64,000 nt of DNA from Candidatus Poribacteria bacterium (GCA_965205015.1 OZ242029.1:768001-832000), one strand, 5' to 3'. Positions 19,534-29,982 are shown, numbered from the stretch's first letter. Numbers and translations: made by a program. The notes: generated by a model not told the origin, from the letters alone.

Positions 19534-20376
19534 ATGCATACCATCCATTCCACTTTGACGGCAGCGGAGAAGTGGTATTTCGATTTACACGGCTTTCTCG
19601 TCTTACGGAATGTTATCCCAAAAGACGCAATTGCAGAGATGTTAGATGTGCTTCGGTATTGGTTGACAATTGATGATGCCGACATCCCACCACCGCTGGA
19701 CCGCGGACGACAGGAGCCTTGTAAGACACACATCGGACATATCCAGTATGGGCATCGTCTTTTTGAAGACCTTGCAATGAATCCTGACATTATGCGAGTT
19801 GTGGCGGGATTGACAATGAATGCCCCACGCCTGTTTCATTGCAACTTCACGATGATGACGAAACACGATGCCCCGCAACACTTCCATCGTGACGACAGCG
19901 GTTTCAAATTCCCACCCGGGTTTCGCAACCCACACAACGATTATCAAGCCGCCGCTGGACACATCTATTGCAGCCACATTGCGACGTGGGTCGCGCTTGT
20001 AGATGTGCCACCCGGAACCGGTTTTTGTCTTGTCCCCGGCAGCCACAAATCCCTGTTTCAGACCCCAGAGAATCTGCCCGTGAAGCACGATCCTCCGACT
20101 TCAATCACACTTCCGATGGCAGCAGGCGACGTGGCGATCTTCTCCACAAATCTGCTCCACGATGCGAGTCCATGGACAGAGGATTACCCACGGATGAATA
20201 TCTTCCAACGCTACCAACTGAGTGCCTATTTCAATGAGACCGGAAAGGGTGGATACCCACTCGATGAACATCGTGATAAAATTTCAGATGCACAATATGA
20301 ATTAGAATCGTTATCAAAAGAGGTGAAAGCGGCAGTGAAACCCGTTTTACCCAATGGAGGAAAAGAATGCGTTTAG
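19534..20376 (+). CDS. Phytanoyl-CoA dioxygenase (PhyH) family protein
   Basis: FDLHGFLVL, HRD, LVPGSHK and LLH (HxD...H triad). Confidence 0.9.
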   Translation: MHTIHSTLTAAEKWYFDLHGFLVLRNVIPKDAIAEMLDVLRYWLTIDDADIPPPLDRGRQEPCKTHIGHIQYGHRLFEDLAMNPDIMRVVAGLTMNAPRLFHCNFTMMTKHDAPQHFHRDDSGFKFPPGFRNPHNDYQAAAGHIYCSHIATWVALVDVPPGTGFCLVPGSHKSLFQTPENLPVKHDPPTSITLPMAAGDVAIFSTNLLHDASPWTEDYPRMNIFQRYQLSAYFNETGKGGYPLDEHRDKISDAQYELESLSKEVKAAVKPVLPNGGKECV

Positions 20377-21128
20377 AAGGAAATGTCTGTATTATTACGG
20401 GGGGTGGCAGCGGTATAGGGCGCGGAGCCGCCCTTTCAATGGCACAAGAAGGCGCCACGGTCGTCCTTATCGGTAGAACAGCATCGAAGTTAGAATCCGT
20501 TAAAGCTGAAGTGGCAGCAGTGGGTGGGACAGCGGTGCGTTACGCACTGGATGTCGCTGACTACGATGGTGTCGAACAGATGGCTGCGGATGTGCTTGAG
20601 AAGTTCGGGCGGATCGATGTGCTTGTAAACAACGCCGGACACAGTTCGCATCACCGGCGACTCCTCAATACGCCCCCTGAGGAGATGCGTTCGGTGATCG
20701 ATTCCAATCTGATCGGCACATTTTTCTGCACGAAAGCGGTCGTACCAGCGATGCTCGAAGCGAAATCGGGAACGATTATCAATATCTCGTCGCTCGCGGC
20801 GGTCACCCCGGGTCCGTTTAGCGGTTTTGCTTACGGCGCAGCGAAGGCAGCGGTTATCAATTTCACGGAATTCCTCAACGCCGATCTACGGAACACAGGT
20901 ATCCGAGCAAGCGTCGTTGTCCCGGGTGAGGTGGCAACACCGATTCTGGACAAACGTCCGGTTCCGCCGGACGCTGCCGCCCGCGCCACGATGGTGGATG
21001 TCGATGAGACGTCAGCGGCGATCCTGCTGATTGCGACGCTACCACAGCGGAGTAACATCCCGGAATTAGTCATCCGTCCGACGATGCACCGCAATATGAC
21101 AGGTGAAATCGTCGAACTGGACGATTGA
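20367..21128 (+). CDS. SDR family oxidoreductase
   Basis: TGGGSGIG, NNAG and YGAAK motifs. Confidence 0.95.
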   Translation: MRLEGNVCIITGGGSGIGRGAALSMAQEGATVVLIGRTASKLESVKAEVAAVGGTAVRYALDVADYDGVEQMAADVLEKFGRIDVLVNNAGHSSHHRRLLNTPPEEMRSVIDSNLIGTFFCTKAVVPAMLEAKSGTIINISSLAAVTPGPFSGFAYGAAKAAVINFTEFLNADLRNTGIRASVVVPGEVATPILDKRPVPPDAAARATMVDVDETSAAILLIATLPQRSNIPELVIRPTMHRNMTGEIVELDD

Positions 21129-21152
21129 TATTTCTGTACTTGCTGAGTTCGG

Positions 21153-22181
21153 TTAGCGGTAGATTGAGGTCTCAGGATAGTAGCGCGCCCACGCGAACCA
21201 ATAGATATTGACAGCAGGTAGTCGTTCTAAACGGGTTCCCTCATCTTTACCCGATATCGCTGCACCTGTAACGAGATTCCAACGCGCCCCTGTGTTGTCC
21301 TCTACAAAGTATCGATCTTGTGGCGTAAAGGTTCGTGCGTCCGCTGCGACATTTCGTTTGAAGACTGCCGTTGCGAACGACGTTTTATCGTGAAAGATGA
21401 GCAGCGGGACCCCGCCAAGTGTATCGTTGATAACGGCAGTTTCCGTAAAGTGTGTCAACGGATACGCCCGAAACTGCGTGTTCCCATCCTTTTTCTGTAC
21501 CTGAACGCCGATGACGAGGGATTTATTCGGTAACCTGTCATCGGTGTAGTCCATTCCGCTGACACCTGCGCGCTGGCTGGCGTGATAATCGGCGTAGACA
21601 TCCTGACTGCGATTCTCGCGCATCCCGCCTCTGGTCGGCACGGACAACACGCGCGTGTTCGGATAATTCAGCTGCCATGCTTTCCAAGCGATCTGTGGCA
21701 TAGAGGCGAGTGGTTTCAATCGCTTACCCGTGAGGGGTCCCTTTATCGCCTCCCCGGTGATATGTGACCAAAGGGAACGGGTCTGATGGTCATACATCAA
21801 CAGTGCATCCCGCCACAATTTACCGCTAACACCAAACGTATAGGTCTTCCCGTCAAGTTCCCGACTATACACGATAGCCGTTTTACAGAGCGGTCACCAC
21901 GTCGTGGCGATGTTCATTCCACCGACAACGTCGTTAACGATCTCGTGTCCGTTCAGCAGATAGAGCGAATAGGCATGGCTTTCGTCGTTGAAGGTTACGC
22001 CAATGACGGGGGCATCCGCGTCTAATTTTGCGTCGTTAGCCGATACGAATTGCGGATCGGTGATAGCCGGAATGGCATCGAAAGGCAATAGCGTTCGGAT
22101 TGCGTCGTCCGTATAATCTGCAGCGGTCGCACAGAGCGTAACGAAAAGTAGTAGTATGAAAATGGGGGTATAGTGTTTCAT
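21153..22181 (-). CDS. DUF3179 family protein, probable selenoprotein (in-frame UGA at 21894-21896 giving UPLC)
   Basis: The two called ORFs are in the same frame, joined by ATTW-TGA-PLCKTAIVYSRE; family motifs DAIPAITDP, HEIVND, FGVSGKL and AVNIYWFAW; hairpin downstream of the UGA. Confidence 0.85.
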
Positions 22182-22237
22182 GACCTTGCTTTAGTGTAGC
22201 CTCGGTGGGTATGTTAGGGAATTAAATTGAACATCGG

Positions 22238-22942
22238 TCATTTGTCAAGGGTGCTTTCATGTGCATCATCAAGGGCCAGATTAAGTTCACGTAGTTTCAC
22301 AGCTACGGAGGTTATCAAGCCATCAGGATCAGATTTATTCCACTTTAGATAGACTAAGAGGGTTTCAAGGCATATTTGCGTCAATTGATATCCCAAGTTC
22401 GGATTGGGTTTATCAAGCCTCAAGTCAGGTACGTAAGAGTCGCCCCTTTGGATGAGATAAGATGAATGAATATCCTCCCAGTTTCTATAAACACAATCCG
22501 ACACATGCTTTTTCGCTTTGTCTTGCAATTCGCGAAACGTCTTTAGCTCAGACAGATGTAAAGTTGAAACGGAGTTGTGGTGGGCCTGCTTGCTTGCCAT
22601 GATAAGGGCCTCTATGTTTCTCGTAACTTCAAGGATAGGAGGGAAAAAGAGGCGAGTGAGTTCTGGTTGAGCCCCACAAATCTGGATGAGTGCGCCTTCG
22701 TATAATTTTGTGAGTTGAACCATGTACCCCACAATTATTGCCTTAGACTTGGCATACCCTCTGTTAGCTGTTTCTGCGTCCGGTGCCGAGGCGATGCCTA
22801 CCCTGAGCAGGTACAAACACCGATTCATAACCTCAGCAGCGAATCTCATGCGCTCAGCATTCGTCTTGAATTCAGCGGGCGGCGGCAAATTGAAGTCAAT
22901 CCACGCTTTCATATTTGTAAGTTTCTGAATGATCTTATCCAT
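22238..22942 (-). CDS. Hypothetical helical protein (possibly DUF5677-like, degenerate)
   Basis: 234 aa ORF with GAGG SD; the family resemblance is weak. Confidence 0.55.
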   Translation of the reverse strand: MDKIIQKLTNMKAWIDFNLPPPAEFKTNAERMRFAAEVMNRCLYLLRVGIASAPDAETANRGYAKSKAIIVGYMVQLTKLYEGALIQICGAQPELTRLFFPPILEVTRNIEALIMASKQAHHNSVSTLHLSELKTFRELQDKAKKHVSDCVYRNWEDIHSSYLIQRGDSYVPDLRLDKPNPNLGYQLTQICLETLLVYLKWNKSDPDGLITSVAVKLRELNLALDDAHESTLDK

Positions 22943-22999
22943 ACAATCCTCTACAGTGGATGGTTTCCATCCGGGTGAGGCGTTGACTATGTCAAGCAG

Positions 23000-23323
23000 T
23001 CAATCCACAGTAAGTTGTCCAGAGATAGAGTCAACCTCCGTCTGCATTGGTTCGTGGTGAAGCACCATGAGTTGAGAGGCACGTAAACTCAGAAATTGGT
23101 ATGCCTGTCCATTGCGGTCGCTGAATTCGACCTCAAACGCGTCATCATTTGAAAAGACATGAACCACCGTACCCACTTCTCCACGCCTTAAATTGTGTTC
23201 AGGGAAGTCTTGCGTGATAGCGACGATGTCAAGAAGTTCAATCTTTCCAACTGCTTCAGACCGTGGATTGTGTTCAGGCAAATCATCTATTTGTGTAACA
23301 AGATCAAAGAATTTTATTTTCAC
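23000..23323 (-). CDS. DUF4926 domain protein (putative TA partner)
   Basis: LLDIVAITQDFPEHNLRRGEVGTVV...FEVEFSDRNG pattern. Confidence 0.8.
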   Translation of the reverse strand: MKIKFFDLVTQIDDLPEHNPRSEAVGKIELLDIVAITQDFPEHNLRRGEVGTVVHVFSNDDAFEVEFSDRNGQAYQFLSLRASQLMVLHHEPMQTEVDSISGQLTVD

Positions 23324-23343
23324 AGTTTATACTCCGCTGAATT

Positions 23344-23676
23344 TTATAGTGGATAGGCAGTTACCAATCTCGGAATTTCAGATCCCCGATCAATGATCCA
23401 ACCACTCCGAATTGTCGCTTGTCTGCCATGCCACTTGAGCGTAAAATCAACAGTATAGCGTTGTCCATAAACATCATTTTTTCCCAATTGTGCGTTGTCT
23501 GTCTGGACTGCTTGCAGCAATGCCTCACGTAATTCTTCCGCGTTATCAACCCTCATACCGATTTTAACGTAAAATTGGTGTGCTTTGTGTTTTCCCTCCT
23601 CATTTTGAGGATTGAGACAATACTCCCGCAGTTTGCGAATATCCACGATAGCCCGTTCTGCATTCGGTATTTTCAT
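23344..23676 (-). CDS. DUF6883 domain protein (putative toxin)
   Basis: PNAERAIVDIRKLREYCLNP...GKHKA...YGQRY...PRLVTAY pattern; typical pairing with DUF4926. Confidence 0.8.
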   Translation of the reverse strand: MKIPNAERAIVDIRKLREYCLNPQNEEGKHKAHQFYVKIGMRVDNAEELREALLQAVQTDNAQLGKNDVYGQRYTVDFTLKWHGRQATIRSGWIIDRGSEIPRLVTAYPL

Positions 23677-23850
23677 GAAATTTGTTATACAATGCCTACC
23701 AATCTCACATGGATATCAAAGTTTCCTATATTTACTTCCTTTGTGTAAAGCATTAACAGGGCGATTAGAAATCTGTTGGATCTGTCCAATTTGGTATATT
23801 ATACCAGATTTACCGAGTATTATCCAGTTATTTTTTGATTCCTTTAAAAG

Positions 23851-23879
23851 TTGGCGTAAAATCGGAGACGTGCTATAAT
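23851..23879 (+). promoter_or_regulatory. Sigma70 promoter with extended -10 for the M42 peptidase gene
   Basis: TTGGCG-N17-TATAAT with TG just upstream of the -10. Confidence 0.6.
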
Positions 23880-23918
23880 ACTTCTAAATAATAGAACAAT
23901 CACCAAAGGAACGCATAG

Positions 23919-24989
23919 ATGAACGAAACATCAATTGAACTCCTCAAATCATTGACACAAGCAGATGGAATCCCCGGTTACGAAACGGAAGTCCGTGAGA
24001 TTTTTCGTGAGACTGTCTCCGGTGTGGGTCCAATCGGAACGGACAGATTAGGGAGTATCTTCTGCACACGCGCTGGAAACGCTGAACAGCCCCGTATCTT
24101 GCTGGATTCACATTTAGACGAGATCGGTTTTGTTGTGCAGAGTGTGACAGACAATGGATTCGTCAAGTTTCTGCCGCTCGGTGGATGGTGGGCACATACG
24201 CTTTTAGCACAACGCGTTACCATCACAACGAAGTTGGGGAAAGTGCCGGGCGTGGTCGGTTCTACACCGCCGCATCTGCTCTCAGGATCCCGTGATAAAG
24301 TCTTAGATATGAAAGACCTCTTTATTGACATCGGTGCGGAGAGCGAAGAACAGGCGGCTGAGGAATTTGGTGTATTACCGGGATGCCCAATTGCCCCTTA
24401 TGGTCCCTTTATGCCCTTGAAAAATAGCAAATTGTTTTCTGCCAAAGCGTTCGATAATCGTGTCGGTGTTGCGGTTGTAATTGAGGCACTCCTGAAGCTT
24501 GATGAACATCCAAATACCGTTATTGGGGCAGGGAGTGTGCAAGAAGAGGTAGGGTTGCGAGGCGCGAGGACGGTCGCGGCAAGTGTGGAACCCGATCTCG
24601 CAATTGTGCTTGAGGGACCACCCGCCGATGATACGCCAGGATTAAGCGTCGGCGCGACACAAGGGAAACTTGGCGGCGGTGTACAAATTCGGATAATCGA
24701 TTCCTCAATGATTGTCAATCCGAAGTTAGCTGACTTTGCTATTGAGACAGCAAAGAAACATGAAATACCGTACCAACTCGGTGTGCGCCAATCCGGTGGA
24801 ACGGATGGCGGCGCAATTCATCAATCCGGCAGAGGGGTGCCGTCCGTTGTGCTTGGGGTGCCGTCCCGTTATATCCACAGCCATGTCTCGATCATTAACA
24901 GTGATGACTACACCGCAGCGTTGGATTTGACGATGCACCTTGTGCGTGAGATTGATACATCTGTTCTGCAAGGATTTCTATTCGATTAG
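23919..24989 (+). CDS. M42 family (TET-like) metallo-aminopeptidase
   Basis: SHLDEIG, KAFDNR, QEEVGLRGA, GGTDGG and RYIHS motifs. Confidence 0.95.
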   Translation: MNETSIELLKSLTQADGIPGYETEVREIFRETVSGVGPIGTDRLGSIFCTRAGNAEQPRILLDSHLDEIGFVVQSVTDNGFVKFLPLGGWWAHTLLAQRVTITTKLGKVPGVVGSTPPHLLSGSRDKVLDMKDLFIDIGAESEEQAAEEFGVLPGCPIAPYGPFMPLKNSKLFSAKAFDNRVGVAVVIEALLKLDEHPNTVIGAGSVQEEVGLRGARTVAASVEPDLAIVLEGPPADDTPGLSVGATQGKLGGGVQIRIIDSSMIVNPKLADFAIETAKKHEIPYQLGVRQSGGTDGGAIHQSGRGVPSVVLGVPSRYIHSHVSIINSDDYTAALDLTMHLVREIDTSVLQGFLFD

Positions 24990-25029
24990 GCACATTTTAG
25001 CAGCGTATCTCTTGCTTGGAGGGAAAACA

Positions 25030-25869
25030 GTGGAAACCACCTTACCGAAAGTCTCTTTTTGCAATCATCAAATCAGTAAGTTGATAATCGGCGATAACCC
25101 GATTTATGGCTACTCTCACTTCAACCAACTCCTTTCGCAGCACCAAAAGGAATATCACACCCCAGAGCGTGTTGTGGCAACACTCAAACGGGCAGAAAAG
25201 GCTGGACTCAATGCGTGGCAGAATAGTTTAACGGAACGCTCGCTTTCTGACCTGCAGCGGTACCGAAATGAAGGCGGCACATTGAATTGGTTCTGCCTCA
25301 GTCCAGGTGGACTCTGGTATGAGGAACCGGACGCCGTCTTTGAAGCGGCAAAGCACGATCCATTCGGTATGGCACCGCACGGCGGCGGTGTTGGTCACAG
25401 ATGTCTACGCGAAAACAGACTCGATCACCTACAGGACATCCTCAAACGGGTGCGGGATACCGGTGCGCTCGTTGGGTTGTCTGTGCATGATCCGAGACTC
25501 CTACACATCGCTGAAGACGAAGATTGGGATATAGATTACTATATGACAGGACTTTATAACCTTCACGGCGGTGCTGACAAGTTCAGGAAGAAATTCGGTT
25601 ACGCGGCTCTGGGCGAAATCTACGCGCGGGAGGATCGCGATGAAATGTGCCAAGCGATACAACGGACTGAGAAGCCGTGCCTTATCTTCAAAGTGCTTGC
25701 CGCAGGTAGAACCATCGGAAGTCCAGATCAGATTCGGGAAGAGGTGAAATTCGCGATAGAAAATACCAAGTCGATTGATCCGCTTTTGCTCGGTATGTAT
25801 CAACAATTCGGTGATCAGATCGGTCAGAACGCACAGTTGATTACGGAACTCTGTGCGGCAGTGGAATAG
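25030..25869 (+). CDS. Aldo/keto-reductase-like TIM-barrel protein, catalytic set unclear
   Basis: ISKLIIGDNP...GLSVHDP...KPCLIFKVLAAGR; GTG start after GGAGGG SD. Confidence 0.65.
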   Translation: METTLPKVSFCNHQISKLIIGDNPIYGYSHFNQLLSQHQKEYHTPERVVATLKRAEKAGLNAWQNSLTERSLSDLQRYRNEGGTLNWFCLSPGGLWYEEPDAVFEAAKHDPFGMAPHGGGVGHRCLRENRLDHLQDILKRVRDTGALVGLSVHDPRLLHIAEDEDWDIDYYMTGLYNLHGGADKFRKKFGYAALGEIYAREDRDEMCQAIQRTEKPCLIFKVLAAGRTIGSPDQIREEVKFAIENTKSIDPLLLGMYQQFGDQIGQNAQLITELCAAVE

Positions 25870-25879
25870 ATCGTAATAT

Positions 25880-25963
25880 TAGCCATCAGCGGAATAGCAG
25901 TCAGCAGTCAACACAAGAGGGTTTTGCTAAACGAAAACCTCTTAACTGAAAGCCGAAAGCCGA
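25880..25963. repeat. Heptamer-armed palindromic intergenic element
   Basis: TCAGCAG-type left arm, AAGAGGGTTTTGCTAAACGAAAACCTCTT core, CTGAAAG/CCGAAAG right arm; core shared with 48003-48032. Confidence 0.7.
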
Positions 25964-26088
25964 CAATTATAGTAAAGTCGAAAAATATGTAGACAGTTGC
26001 TTAGCGAAACAATCCTCTCCGCCGCTGGCGAGGATTGTATCCTCGCCTCTTTAAAGTGTCTAATTAATTCTAAACTTTACTATAATTG
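25964..26088. mobile_element. MITE-like element (125 bp)
   Basis: Perfect 15-bp inverted termini CAATTATAGTAAAGT (25964-25978) / ACTTTACTATAATTG (26074-26088), imperfectly extendable inward; internal GCGAGGAT..ATCCTCGC hairpin; no ORF. Confidence 0.7.
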
Positions 26089-26111
26089 CCATACATCACG
26101 GAGGCTGAAAA

Positions 26112-27095
26112 ATGGAGATGCGGACGTGTGGAAAATCTGGAATTGAAATCTCATCGATGGGTATCGGATGCTGGTCTTATGGGGGTGGTGATTACTGGGG
26201 ACCCCAAGCACAATCAGACGTTACGGCTGTTGCCAATGCAGCATTGGACGCCGGCATCAATTTTTTTGATACAGCAGAGGGGTATAACAACGGACGCAGC
26301 GAGGAGGCACTCGCCGTCGCACTGAAGGACAGACGGCATGAGGCGGTTATCGGCACGAAGGTCAGCAGACCAGACCCCGCTACGATCCGTGAACACTGCG
26401 AGGCGAGTCTTCAACGATTGCAAACAGATTACGTTGACATCTATATGATCCACTGGCCCGACGATGAGATTGCCATTGATGAGAGTATGGCGGAATTAAC
26501 GCGCCTACAGGAAGATGGACTCATCCGTGCTATCGGCGTCAGTAACTTCGGTGTAGAGCAACTCACAGCGGCTCTTAACACAGGCGCGTCTATCGCCGTG
26601 AATCAACTCTGCTATAACCTCTTGTCCCGGGCAATCGAACCGGAATTACTTCCATTGTGTCGAGAGCATAATGTCGGTATTTTGGGATATATGCCACTGC
26701 TGCAAGGCATCTTGACGGGGCAGTACAAAAGTGCGGAGGAGATCCCACCGGTGCATTCTCGATTCCGCCATTTTCGAGATGACCGAGAACAGGCCTCACA
26801 CGGTGAAGAAGGTGCCGAGGAAGAAATGTTTCAGACCTTAGAGGCTATCCGGCACATCGCGGAGGCGGAACAGATTCCGATGAGTCGGCTTGCTATTGCT
26901 TGGGCAATGGCACGCCCCGGCATCACGTGTATGCTCGTTGGTACCCGAAATATAAATGAACTGACGCAAAACCTGCACGTTGTTGAATACACGCCGTCTG
27001 CGGATGTCATTGAGAGCCTTGACACAGTGACCGCACCTCTCTTAGAAAAAATGGGAGCAAACCCTGACTATTTCACGGGGGCACGTATTCATTAG
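26112..27095 (+). CDS. Aldo/keto reductase
   Basis: FFDTAEGY, IGTK, DIYMIHWP and IGVSNF motifs. Confidence 0.95.
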   Translation: MEMRTCGKSGIEISSMGIGCWSYGGGDYWGPQAQSDVTAVANAALDAGINFFDTAEGYNNGRSEEALAVALKDRRHEAVIGTKVSRPDPATIREHCEASLQRLQTDYVDIYMIHWPDDEIAIDESMAELTRLQEDGLIRAIGVSNFGVEQLTAALNTGASIAVNQLCYNLLSRAIEPELLPLCREHNVGILGYMPLLQGILTGQYKSAEEIPPVHSRFRHFRDDREQASHGEEGAEEEMFQTLEAIRHIAEAEQIPMSRLAIAWAMARPGITCMLVGTRNINELTQNLHVVEYTPSADVIESLDTVTAPLLEKMGANPDYFTGARIH

Positions 27096-27154
27096 TCTGG
27101 CATCCGCACACGGTATTCTGTCCCCGCAGGCAGTTAGAAACGGAGGAATTTATA

Positions 27155-28039
27155 GTGGAACAGTTAGGTAAATTTAACAAAGACTTAGGCAGTCCGTTGG
27201 AAACAGCCCCTGCCGATCTTACGCAAACAAATGCTGATGGTAAACCCGTCGTTCCTCTAACGCAGGAACAGAAATATCTGTTTGATAAGAACGGATGGCT
27301 CTTGGTTCCAGGGGTTCTGACGGAATCAGAGACCGAGGAGATGCGCGATTTCTGCTACCGCTTAAAGCATGACCCCGAAACAATTCCGCAACACCATCGT
27401 TCAACTTACGGGGGTCCTTTAGAGAAATTGACAGATCACCCGGTCATCGTGGCGTTCGGAAACGAATTTCTCGCCTCGTCCTATCTCGCATCGGACACCT
27501 GTTACGGGTTCCGTATGGAGATGAGTTTTTTGGCATTGCGTTCCACAATGGACGAAACGCCTTTCAAATTCCATGCCCACAACGGCAACGGTATGTTGCG
27601 GATGCCCGGAGATTGCCATCAGTATTCCTGTCTTCCGGGTCAGGCGTATAGCGGTCTAACGCGCGTCGTCTGGGAACTCAATCCCGTGGAGAAAGGTGAT
27701 GGCGGCACGATGTTCATCACAGGAAGCCACAAAGCCGCTTATACCGCACCAGAGGGTGCCCACACACAAGATTGGGAGTTCTGGGATACCTATTCCTGTC
27801 CGGCGGGATCTGTTATTATCTTCACAGAAGCGATTACGCATAGCGGGCAGCCGTGGCAAAACCCTAATACTGATCGGGTCGCTGTTTTCAACGCTTATAA
27901 CTCGGTAGACAAACGGTGGAGTCTTTCAAAACCACCACAGGCACAGCTTGATGAAATGCCACCCAAACGCCAGACGCTCTTCCGTGAGGCTTACGTAAAG
28001 GGCAACGTCACCGGCACGAAGTTCGACATGGCACTGTAA
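27155..28039 (+). CDS. PhyH family dioxygenase
   Basis: QKYLFDKNGWL, FITGSHK and EAITH motifs. Confidence 0.85.
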   Translation: MEQLGKFNKDLGSPLETAPADLTQTNADGKPVVPLTQEQKYLFDKNGWLLVPGVLTESETEEMRDFCYRLKHDPETIPQHHRSTYGGPLEKLTDHPVIVAFGNEFLASSYLASDTCYGFRMEMSFLALRSTMDETPFKFHAHNGNGMLRMPGDCHQYSCLPGQAYSGLTRVVWELNPVEKGDGGTMFITGSHKAAYTAPEGAHTQDWEFWDTYSCPAGSVIIFTEAITHSGQPWQNPNTDRVAVFNAYNSVDKRWSLSKPPQAQLDEMPPKRQTLFREAYVKGNVTGTKFDMAL

Positions 28040-28282
28040 CCCTACTGAAGGTGAAGGATAGTTATCAGTTTCCAATGAAGTCCCGCTACCAGCGAGCTGC
28101 GCCTCTATCCTTTGAAAAAGATGTGTTTGATAGGGTAATATAAATTGTATAGAATACAGATGTGTCACTTCAACGTAACGTTGTTAATAATCTTTTAGGA
28201 CTTACGTAATTCGCCCGTTTTTCCACACTGGATTTTTGGGTAAGTCATGAGGTTGTGAGAGTGAAAGGAGGATTTTTTGGCC

Positions 28283-28600
28283 ATGGTAGAAACAGTTGAA
28301 ACCCTCGCCCAGCGGTTAACTCAGTTAGAAGAAGCAGTAGAGAACATAACATTACAACTGTCTTGGATTGTTAATGAATTGGGGAACGATACTGACTGGA
28401 GAAAAGATGTACAACTAAAATCAGATTCCATAGGAAACAACAAGCAAGAGGCAGAAGTTGCTCGGAAAATCCTTGAGCAGATGGGAATTTCCGGGGAACC
28501 GATTCCGGCTGAAGAACTCCAAGAACGGATGGTTCGTAACGGCATTCAACCCGAAGGGAGCGAGTTCAGTAGCGCAATTATAGAAGAACGCGAGAAATAA
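28283..28600 (+). CDS. Putative antitoxin upstream of a PIN toxin
   Basis: Short acidic protein ending SSAIIEERE, typical of VapB-like partners; AAGGAGG SD. Confidence 0.65.
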   Translation: MVETVETLAQRLTQLEEAVENITLQLSWIVNELGNDTDWRKDVQLKSDSIGNNKQEAEVARKILEQMGISGEPIPAEELQERMVRNGIQPEGSEFSSAIIEEREK

Positions 28601-28602
28601 CG

Positions 28603-29106
28603 GTGTACTATTTTTATTGTGATGCCAGTGCCCGTGTAAAACGATATACACAAGAACTTGGTAGTGATAAAATCAATTTTCTTTTCGCTAACGTACCTCA
28701 TAACCGCTTGATGTGCCTCATCCTCGGTGCACTTGAGGTTATCTGGGTACTTGTGCGAAAAAGAAATGACAACCGCCTCACGAATGCTGATTTTCGTCAG
28801 GCTGGTATTAACCTTGATTATGAAGTAATTGATCATCAATCGGATTTCAGAACAATTCCTGTTCCGAATTCTCTTGTTTGGCACTCAATGGATTTGATTG
28901 AAACCTACTCTCTCAATAGCGTTGATGCAATTGTATTGCGTTCTGCCTTGGATATTGCAGCAACACGCCGTGACATGGGGGATGAACTCGTTCTTATTGC
29001 CTCCGACCAACGGTTACTGAGAGCCGCAAGTAGTGAAAACCTCCTTGTTTTCAAACCCGAAACACATCCAAAACAGACTTTAACTGACTGGCTCTCTACA
29101 CCATAA
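28603..29106 (+). CDS. vapC: VapC family PIN-domain toxin
   Basis: YCDASARVKRY..E.GS, LNSVDAIVL and IASDQRLLRAA motifs. Confidence 0.85.
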   Translation: MYYFYCDASARVKRYTQELGSDKINFLFANVPHNRLMCLILGALEVIWVLVRKRNDNRLTNADFRQAGINLDYEVIDHQSDFRTIPVPNSLVWHSMDLIETYSLNSVDAIVLRSALDIAATRRDMGDELVLIASDQRLLRAASSENLLVFKPETHPKQTLTDWLSTP

Positions 29107-29154
29107 CTGACCGGGGGACAGTTTTTCAAAACTGGCAAAGAAAGGAAATCAACT

Positions 29155-29979
29155 ATGACACCGAAACAACGCTATCTGTTTGATGTAACCGGATACCTTC
29201 ACTTGGAAAATGTTATCACCGGTGATGCGTTAGCAGAGGCTGCTGAGGCAGTCGATAGATATATCACAACACCCCCCGATGAATTACCTTCAGGATTTGA
29301 GATACAGGGGCTCCATCAGCACGGGTTCGCCTTCGATAAATCGCTCGAACGTTTAACGGTGCATAAAGCGATATGGCCGATTATCAAAGAACTAACAGAC
29401 AATCAGCCCCGATTCGGTAGGGGTTCACTGAAGCATGACAAGCACGATGTGTGGGAGGCTGGTGAACGCGCAAAAGTGAATCCGGGCGGACTGCATTGCG
29501 CGCGTGACGATTACGGGTGGTATAGCACGCGTTACGAGGTCGATAACGGACATATCTACTGCGATAACTTTGTCTGTTTTCCGTATTTTACGGATGTCTA
29601 TCCCGGCGATGGCGGACTCATTGTGATTCCGGGTTCGCATAAGAGTGAGTTCGAGCGACCGAAAGAACTCCTGACGCTCGATGAAACAGATGGCATCGAT
29701 CCAGTTGAGGATCCCGTTTTTGTCAATATTACGCCAAAGGCAGGCGATATTGTAATTATTTCGGAGTTGCTAACGCACGGTGTACTCCGCTGGAAGCCGA
29801 AGGATCGAGATCGTCGCTTCCTCGTCCTGCGATATTTCCCACAATACACGGGTAGGCATAGCTTCCCGCAACCTATCTTGGATCGGTTGTCTCCAGAGAC
29901 ATTAGAATTGGTGGAATCCGCCGGATATGGGCACATCAAGGAGATTGTGAAACAGGATGAGATAAGGCTAACAGTATGA
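29155..29979 (+). CDS. PhyH family dioxygenase
   Basis: QRYLFDVTGYL, VIPGSHKS and ELLTHG motifs. Confidence 0.88.
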   Translation: MTPKQRYLFDVTGYLHLENVITGDALAEAAEAVDRYITTPPDELPSGFEIQGLHQHGFAFDKSLERLTVHKAIWPIIKELTDNQPRFGRGSLKHDKHDVWEAGERAKVNPGGLHCARDDYGWYSTRYEVDNGHIYCDNFVCFPYFTDVYPGDGGLIVIPGSHKSEFERPKELLTLDETDGIDPVEDPVFVNITPKAGDIVIISELLTHGVLRWKPKDRDRRFLVLRYFPQYTGRHSFPQPILDRLSPETLELVESAGYGHIKEIVKQDEIRLTV

Positions 29980-29982
29980 GTT

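Noticed and set aside
21894-21896. Pseudogene or two separate genes at the DUF3179 TGA
   Set aside because: The TGA falls at the first position of a CxxC-type motif, the frame is preserved, and a downstream hairpin is present.
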